The position numbers and the translations under genes are program-made. Positions 55,775-64,000 of a DNA stretch of 64,000 bases are shown one piece after another. Where the stretch lies: assembly GCA_012295275.1 (NCBI GenBank), contig CM022671.1, forward strand, positions 30,628,001-30,692,000, written 5' to 3'. Below the pieces are notes generated by a model, which worked only from the letters and a program-made list of their open reading frames with translations, was not told where the DNA came from and ran no database searches. How positions within the stretch are numbered: position 1 is the first letter of the stretch; each line of letters begins with the position of its first letter. This DNA is from Chrysomallon squamiferum (lineage: Eukaryota; Animalia; Mollusca).

Positions 55775-58700
55775 AGATTCCAAAAAACCTCCCAAAAAAC
55801 ATAACAAAACCCAAAACAACAAAAAAAGAAAAAGAAAATCATTATTATAAAGATACTTACATCATGTACAGTCCTCCAGCCTCCAAACTGACAACAAGTT
55901 GGAACTGGTGATTTTCAAACTGTTTTTTTATAGCTCCAACCACTGGAGCCTGACAATAAACAAACGAACAAATCAATGCTAGAAGAAATATGAAGAAATA
56001 ACCTAAATGTATTCTGCATATTTCCAGGTTACATTTCATCTAGATTTTGCAAAGACTTCTACAAATAATTGTAAAAATAATTGTAATATTTAAAATATAT
56101 TACTTGTTCTGTTATAAAAATATTCGTTTATCAAATTATTATTCTAATTTAAATTTATGCTATTCAAACATTATTAATAAATTCAATAATTCTACAAAAA
56201 TCATTTTATTACTTTATACATTATTCCTAAACGTACTTCTGAGCATATCATTTTTAATAATTTAGTAAATTTTTCATACTTTTATTCATTCTAAAATCTT
56301 ACTTCTGCAGATATCAGTTCTGGAAATCTTGCTCCTTTGTAATGTTTTCCTAAACAGTCGCCTGGTTCTGCTTTAGTAGCGCCCTCTATGTTCACCTGTG
56401 GTATTACATGCACATGGCTGTGGTTCAAAATCTTTACACTGTCAGGTTCTTCATGTAAATAACCTGTAAGTAAGATTATATCAAAATTAAAAGATTGACT
56501 GTTTCTGTTTAGGAAGAAATGACTCTAAATAGCTGATTAATTTTGATTAAAAAATTCAGTTTATCACTGGCTTACAAACAAATATTTGTTATTTTGACAA
56601 AAATATCTTCAGAAAAATGGTTTGTTTGTATTAAAATTGTGTATTAATTTTTTTGAGAGAAATGAAAGCAGATACATGATATGATAGAAAATAATAATAA
56701 TGTTCATATTTTACTTAATTGTTTTTAAGAAAGTTTTTAATAAATAACATATAAAAAAACTAGAAAATTAAAAAACATTACTTATCACCAAATATTATAC
56801 CTGTAACCAATAAGAATGCACCTACCATAATACTTAACCAATCAGAATGAAGCTAAAAAAAAATGCTTGTTAATTACTTAATTATAATATAGAGAATAAC
56901 TAGATTAAGGCCAGATGTAGAGGTTCTGTGTTTCTGTTTAACAGATAACAGATTATAAAAGAGAAAAAATAAGAAAGAAAGAAAAACAAAAGATGTAATA
57001 CCTATAATAAGATGGCGGACCAATCTCACTAACAATTCTGTCCCAACAGGTTCATCTCCATTAACATTTCCTAGCAACAATATATGAGGCTTATAGTCCT
57101 TCTGACCCGTGACCTTTGATGACAGATGTAACAAAGATACAGCCTTTCCTTTGCGATTCATGTGTAATGTGTCAAAAGTGACGAAATCTGGATTTTTCAG
57201 AGCTAGATCTCGGAACTCATTTTGAATGTCGTGAGTGTTCACGTATTCTGTTTTCATGTTTTGCTTGATGTCGAAGTCGACCACAGACGTCCATTTTTCT
57301 TGTTCTGCATCCATTTTGAGTGAGAAGTTGACATGAATTGCAGCATGATCAGTTACCTGTACTGTTACACTTTCGTTTGTGTATCTGTAAAAAAAAATTT
57401 AAAATAAATAATAATAAAACAAATAATAAAATAAAATAAAATAACAGTCATGAATTGTATGACTAACTGTCATTCTAATATGACATAAAATTATTAGATT
57501 TAAAAAATATATATATATATAAACAAAATAAAACAATCAAATATGTAAAGTTATAAATAAATTTTAAATAATTATAGTTTATACATTAAAAATTAAAATT
57601 CCAAAATTAAAATACCTACAGCAAAACAAAAAAGTCAAGGTAACAATGAAAAAAAAAAGCATAATAAATTTTACAAATATAATTTTCAGTATTTGAAGAA
57701 AGGAAAAGAAATTTTGAAATTTTAACTGTAATAATGTATTACAAGTAATTATTTCAAAATAAGTTAAAAAAAAAAGACAAAATGAAAAAATTACTACTAC
57801 TAATAATAAATCTATATTACAAGTTAAAAATGAAAATCTCAGGAAAATTAAAATCATAGGTGAAAAATTATTTTAAAAAAAAGGAGAAACAAATATATTA
57901 ATAATATATGGAAATGATAAAAATTAAAAATGCATTTAGCACAGTAAACAGTTTATATCTATAAGCACAACAGTGTTAAATATGTGTGAGAAAATTTAAA
58001 GTCTGTTTTACCTTGGATGTCTGACTGTTAGCTTGTACTGTCCTGGTGCCAAAAGTCTCCAGTAATCTCCATCAGCAGCTGAGTATATAGTGTGATTGAT
58101 TCCCTCAACTATCACAGAGGCACTGGAAATACCCAAACCTGTCTCATTGTCTAAAATAAAACCACTCACACCTTTGTGTACCTGAAATATCAAAGTAACA
58201 AAGAAAAATAATAAATAAATAAAAAAATAAATAAATATGATGCTGATAATGTAAAAATATGCATAGTGGTAATATTAGTATCGTAATAACAATTACAACC
58301 CCCAACAAAAATCAACAACAAACTAACAAAACAAAAAAAATCAAAACAATAATAAAACAATAAAAAAAAAAAAAAAAAATTTTTTTTTTTTTTAATATAA
58401 AATAATAAATAAATAAAAAAATTAAAATAAACAATATAAAATACAAATAAAATACAAAAAAAATACAAAAATAAAATAAAAATAGTACAAAACAGCAGAC
58501 TAAATGGTGGTTTAAACTTTAATATTACACTTCACAAAATATAACAGTAACAAAACACAGTTCACAGAGATGATGTAATGTCTATTAAAATTGAAAAATA
58601 TCATGCATATGGAAGGTAAAAGTTACAAACATTTTGTTGATCGCTTGAAAAAAGCCTATTTCTGCATGAATATTTTTACCTAATTTTTCATAAAACAGAA

Positions 58701-61672
58701 TTTTAATTTACTACTTATTGATTTTCAAAATTTACCTGTCCCATGTAAACCAGAAGAGGATATTTGTTGGCGTCCCAGTAACCAGGTAGTTCTTTAGCTT
58801 TTGGAAACTTTGTACATCCTAATTCCAGTGTTGTCTCAAAACAGTTTGTGTGTAAGTAGTTCCAGTCTTGCATGCCACCTGCAACACAGTTTATATGTTT
58901 ATTGTAATAATGTAAATAATAATAATAATAATAAATAAACAAAATAAAATAATAAAATTAAATTAAATTAAAAAAAATGAATTATGAATGTGAAAAAGAA
59001 AATTTATGCAGAATGTTTATTAGACAGGAAAAAGACTAAGCCATAAAAAAAAAAAAAAAAAAAAAAAAAATATTTATGTAATATTAAAAGTAACATTGAT
59101 GATGATTCTAATAATAATAATAAAAAAATAATAATAATAATAATAGTAAAAAAATTTTAATAATAAATTTTTGATAATGAATTAAAATTAATACTATTAC
59201 AAATAATGTTGGACAAACATTATTTTATTATATTCTAATTTTCAGTCTGGATTTTGTTCCAGTGTGAATGGTTTCTGACATAAACCCATATATATATATA
59301 TATATATATATAATAACAATAATTGGATAAAATAAAATTCAGTATATAAATTATATACAAATTTTTTAAAAACAGTAAATCAGAAATAAATATCTACAAG
59401 TTTAATGACAGAAATGAATAAAACAAAAGTTTAAAAAATAAAAATAAAAATAAAAATCAAGATAAAAAAACAAGAAAAAAACATCCACCTGATCATACTC
59501 CCAAAAAAAACAAAAAAAACAACAAAAAAACATAGATATGGAAAAAACAAGAACAAAACCATTCTGTAAGGTATTTTACCTGACACACTGTACCACTTAG
59601 CGCCATTTGTAATTCCATCTTTGAAATACTCATCACTCCACACACACGGATGTCCCAAGTGCATTGTTGAGTGTGCCTGAGGGAATAATAAATAAATAAA
59701 CAAATAAATAAAATAAAATAAATAAATAAATAAATAAATAACAATAATAATAATGAATTTTCTATAACAACAATATTAATAACACATCAGGATTGCTAAC
59801 ATAACTACAAGCAATAGCAACAACAACAACACAAAAAAAAAAAAAAAAAAAAAAAATTATTTAATTATAAACAAACAAAAATATCAATACAGCACAAATA
59901 ATAACAGAATAAATGTAAAAATAAAACAATAAAAAAAAAAAATTAAATAAAATGAACAAATAAAACAAAAGAAAAGATGAATAAATACCAATGAATAAGC
60001 TTCTGAAATCATAATGAAAGTTTTATCATCTGCGCTCTTGCTGTACGCAGAGTAACCTTTCTTTGAACTGTCGAATGGGTAATTAGCCACGAGGGAGCCA
60101 CCGTGCAAATTAGCTGAGAGGACGAATGGAATGGATTTGAGCCACTTAATGACAGCCAGAGTTTCTGGTTCCTGATGTTTGTTAGTGTAGGTCACTTGAA
60201 ACTGATCAGGAAAATTGCGATTCAGGTCATAATTGTTGCTGTTAGTGCGACCTTTTACTCCTTGTACATCACCTGAGGTGAAAAAAAATAATAATAATAA
60301 TAATAAAAAAAAAAAAAAAAAAAAATAATAATAATAATAAAATAAAAATAATAATAGTAATAATAGTAATAATAATAGTAATAATAACAATAATAATTTT
60401 AAAAAATGATAATGATGATGACGACTATGACAATGATGAAAACAACTACAACAGCAACAAGAACAATAAACTAAACAAGAAAAATTCAAAATGAAAAGTG
60501 ATAGTCTGAGTTACAACTCTACCAACCTTCGTTAGAAATCTCGTAACCGTCAGGGTTCATGGAGGGCATCAGATGGATTCTTGTCAAGTTGACCATCAGA
60601 CTGATAAATTCATTATGTTGATAATTCTTACACAGAAATTCTATCAACTGCAGCATCAACTCCCTGCCGACTACCTCATTGCCGTGCATGTTAGCGACGT
60701 ACTTAAACTCCGGTTCTCCTGCAGTGAATAAAAAAAATAGTGTTTATTACCACCGTAACAGTTTTTATTATTAATGATTATTGATGTTTCTGTATAAGAA
60801 TGATTAGGAAAGGAAAGACAAAATGAATAATATTTGACAACATCTGAAAATATTTTAGGATCAAAAGTTATGAATGTATTAAGATCATGTTGTAAGGCTT
60901 TCAAATAATGACAGTGAAGGAAAAAAATAACACACACACACACACTCACACATACATGCTATAAACACTTTGGTATAAGTACACAGCTTATATATGACTC
61001 AGTCCCATCAAAGATACAGAACATCTGATCTTGTATGATCATTTTAACAACACAAATAAACACCACCCCCTAAAGACACCCTGTCAATATATTTTCTTTT
61101 CTTTTTTTCTCTAATTTTTGTTGAGATAAAAAAAAGCAAAAAAAAAAAAAAAAAAGGCTATTAAAAATCCCATCACACACTCGAACAAAACCAAGTTAAA
61201 AAATCAATCTTTTCATCATGCTTCTGTAAGACTTTTATCATTTTAAAGATTATATTTGGAAGTTTCTCAGGAATGAGAACTTAAATGAAACAAATATATT
61301 TTACTTACCTTCAGTTGGACAGGTTCAGGTATCATTAAAATAATCTTTCACAAAATTAAAAAAAATAAAAAATAAAAAATTAAGAGAAACAAAATCTCAC
61401 CTGGTTCATGGATACCTGGGTTGTCTGTTATTTCTAATACCCAGAGTTCTCTTCCTTGAACTGATTTTCCGATGGAATACAGTCTGGTGATTTCTGGGTA
61501 ATCTTTGCTGAACTTTCTCAGGAAATTTGTCATGGCGGTGAAGTTGTGATGAGCAAAAGTCGAAGGTTCGATAAACTTCATGTTTTTCCTGTGTTCTGCA
61601 TCATGGAATCGATTGACGTATTCAACAAGTTTTTCTTCTTTTTCTACAGCACCTACTGGTGTTGTTGTTATG
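45850..61672 (-). CDS. CPD: Carboxypeptidase D (M14B multi-domain metallocarboxypeptidase); 5' end beyond the window
   Basis: 22 exons (-): 61672-61401, 60718-60527, 60272-59989, 59676-59580, 58878-58736, 58181-58012, 57384-57002, 56463-56303, 55949-55861, 55265-55022, 53753-53645, 53315-53160, 52652-52484, 52030-51844, 51428-51296, 50858-50721, 49663-49559, 48755-48694, 48212-48081, 47586-47398, 46777-46672, 46088-45850. Motifs [56 protein letters not shown]; TM; CPD-type tail GFHRL...[12 protein letters not shown]. Confidence 0.96.
47690..47955. repeat. ~41-bp degenerate intronic minisatellite
   Basis: Recurrent GTATTTATTAAAATT(G/A)TAAATGAAAATAATT..AAA units. Confidence 0.7.
48280..48660. 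repeat. ~31-bp intronic minisatellite (AAATGAATAATTATGTACAAGAGATATGAAT)
   Basis: Tandem copies visible. Confidence 0.85.
50110..50735. repeat. Degenerate ~80-100-bp tandem repeat adjoining the CPD donor at 50721
   Basis: Recurrent AGTATATTTTACCTgTTTTTCTA and GCYAATTrATTTCAATTCAT motifs (e.g. ~50123, ~50415, ~50503, ~50709). Confidence 0.6.
54390..55040. repeat. ~30-bp intronic minisatellite containing the CPD splice-donor sequence
   Basis: Units ATGATAATGATCTACTCAC(A/C)... read GTGAGTAGATCATTATCAT on the gene strand, matching the true donor at 55021-55003. Confidence 0.85.
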
Positions 61673-61721
61673 CTGAATAAACGAATGAATGAATGAATGA
61701 ATGAATGAATGAATGAATGAA

Positions 61722-61757
<36 letters not shown>

Positions 61758-62550
61758 AAAATAAATCTTAAATATATTTCACTGCCTTCATATTATATAT
61801 TATATATATATATAATTAAACAAGATTTAAAAAAAATAATAAAATAAAAAAATACTGCTCAGCAAAATAAAATATAATTAATCGAAAAATTTGTTTTTTT
61901 AAAAAGTATCACTTAACTGAAATTAAAAATCTGTCTTTATTTTGTTAAAAGTAGGCCTTTACTTTAAGGATAATGTAAAATTAACATGAAAAAAACCCCA
62001 GTTGCCAGTGTTACTGCATTAACACTGTATAAATATCTACACAAGTGGAACTATATATTTTTATTATGTACTAATATTATGTATGAATGATTGTTTTCCT
62101 ATGAATGTGTGTGTGCATATGTATTTTTGTGCATTATGTAAAGTTTACAATACATATTACTTATTTCATCATGTATGTCTATAAAAATTACACATCACAT
62201 AAAATAAGATTAAAAACTATTTCGCAGTTAAAAAGATTTTAAGCTTTTCTCTGTAAAAGCCTTATTTTGGGATGAATTTACTAAAAGCCATTAGAAAAAG
62301 CACAAAGCCCATAAATATACAACTTTTTAGAAAGTGCAGAAAGATGCATGATTTTGCATGAACCTGCATATTTTAATGAGCTGAACATTCCACCAGGCAC
62401 AACCTTTAAAATGAGTTAGCCATAAATAAACAAAAAAATTTAAAAGAAAAAGTTCAAATGCAGGTCACAAAGATTTCCTTCAACAATAATCAAAATTGAA
62501 ATTATTACGTACTATTAAAGTTTAATTTCAGAGGCAGGGTTCTCTTGTGC

Positions 62551-62589
<39 letters not shown>

Positions 62590-63109
62590 AACGAAACAAA
62601 GACACCACTCTACAGTAAGAACATGTTGTCCCTCAACACCCCTAAAACATTTAAACCTAAATATTCATCTGAAAGATTTCTCAGCCATTTTGCCAATGAG
62701 TCATCTAGTTATGAAGATGATCCAATCCAGTTATTTATCAAATTGATACTAATCAATGATTTAGTATGAAATTCAGCCATTATCAGGACCCATTTTTTTA
62801 CATATATATATATATCTGTTATAATAATGAAATCATTTATCTAGAAAGGATACAGTTATTTAACAGCTATCAGTGTCATTATCATAGCATTCATTGAGAT
62901 CTTGAAAGTTGTTTATAAACACTGAGTCCAAATCTTTATGATTTAATTAAAATCTCAACATTTATCAAGCTCAAAAAATCTATTTACAATTGTAAACGTA
63001 TTCATGAAGTCAAGTTATTTTAATAAATATAAATTAAAGTTCAAGAGATCTAGTCACTATAAACATTTTTTTTTTTTTACTCAGTGATGTAAAAACAAGA
63101 TCCAGTTAT

Positions 63110-63126
<17 letters not shown>

Positions 63127-63143
<17 letters not shown>

Positions 63144-63290
63144 TCAAACAAACCAACAACAATTATCAATCAAACAAATAATTTAAATAATTTTTCATGT
63201 GGATTTCAACAACAATAACAACAACATCAAACAAACTAACAACAATTATCAATCAAACAAATAAATTAAATAATTTTTCATGTGGATTTA
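63127..63290. repeat. 82-bp direct tandem duplication
   Basis: ACATCAAACAAA(C/T)AACAACAATTATCAATCAAACAAATA.TTAAATAATTTTTCATGTGGATTT occurs at 63141 and 63223. Confidence 0.85.
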
Positions 63291-64000
63291 AGTCATTTCA
63301 ATTATGAACTTGAAGTGAAAACAAAATAATTATCAACAAGTCTTCATTGAAATAATGATAAATTTTTATTGAGTAAGTATTAAGCAAAAAATATATTGCA
63401 TTTAAATAGTATTCCATAGTTGTCTAAAAAAAAATTAAAATGATTTTATAGATTGGCATTTTCAAAATATGTTTTTGAAATATACAAATATCTGATTTTC
63501 TCTCTTTTTTTTTTAAATACAAGATATCTGAGAGTAGGAAAAAGAATGTAAGAGAGAAAGAAAGAAAGAAAGGAGAAAGAAAAAGAAGAAAAGAAAGTAA
63601 AAGGAAAGGAACGAGTAAAAACAAAATAAGAAAGAAAGAAAGAAGAAAGAAAAGAGAGAGAAAGATAAACAGTCAGGGTGTGTCTGGGTGTGTAAATAAA
63701 AGTAACAGGTGGCAATGTAGGTTTTTGGTTTTGAGGAATTAATGTTAATCTTATCAGCTATTTATGAAGTCACAGTTCATAAATTTATTTATGTTTACGC
63801 AGAGAAAAGCTTTAAAACCACAAAGTGTTGTTTTGAATATACTGGCAGTATGTACCAGTGTGTAGTAAAAGGAAATGCAACAGTAAACTTTAGCAACATA
63901 TGTCACATTTGATTCAGATCGTAACATACTGGTTGCAGAGCACAAACAAAAACAATTACATATATACATACATATATATATATATATATATAGATATGAA

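Noticed and set aside
63670-63760. Possible additional CPD linker exon (LIRLTLIPQNQKPTLPPVT...)
   Set aside because: Weak donor, phase does not match the phase-2 acceptor at 61672, and no CPD motif.

Overview
AT-rich, microsatellite-dense, intron-containing animal DNA, most likely lophotrochozoan/molluscan (inferred from a carboxypeptidase D with an extra domain and from invertebrate-type giant FN3 genes). Most ORF-track entries are microsatellite noise, so I rebuilt the genes by hand from GT-AG junctions and exon phases. Contents: (1) 3' end of a protein kinase (+, to 156); (2) a 4-exon Shisa/CYYR1-like single-pass membrane protein (+, 4292-7599); (3) a tRNA-derived SINE family (3 copies) and a ~1.4-1.5 kb tandem triplication that starts in one SINE tail; (4) a complete 6-exon gene (-, 15053-24380, 978 aa) with an architecture I do not recognise: MyD88/IRAK-type death domain, Raf-like Ras-binding domain, long disordered region with many Tyr docking motifs, and a C-terminal atypical SH2 domain. 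This is the top finding; (5) two 5'-less fragments of giant extracellular-protein genes lying head-to-head about 115 bp apart (FN3/DTTPP-repeat gene on -, cadherin/Ig-like TM gene on +), the first with two further frame lesions; (6) 22 exons of carboxypeptidase D (-, 45850 to beyond 61672), two introns of which carry minisatellites built from their own splice-donor junction. Domain calls are by-eye motif recognition, not database searches.
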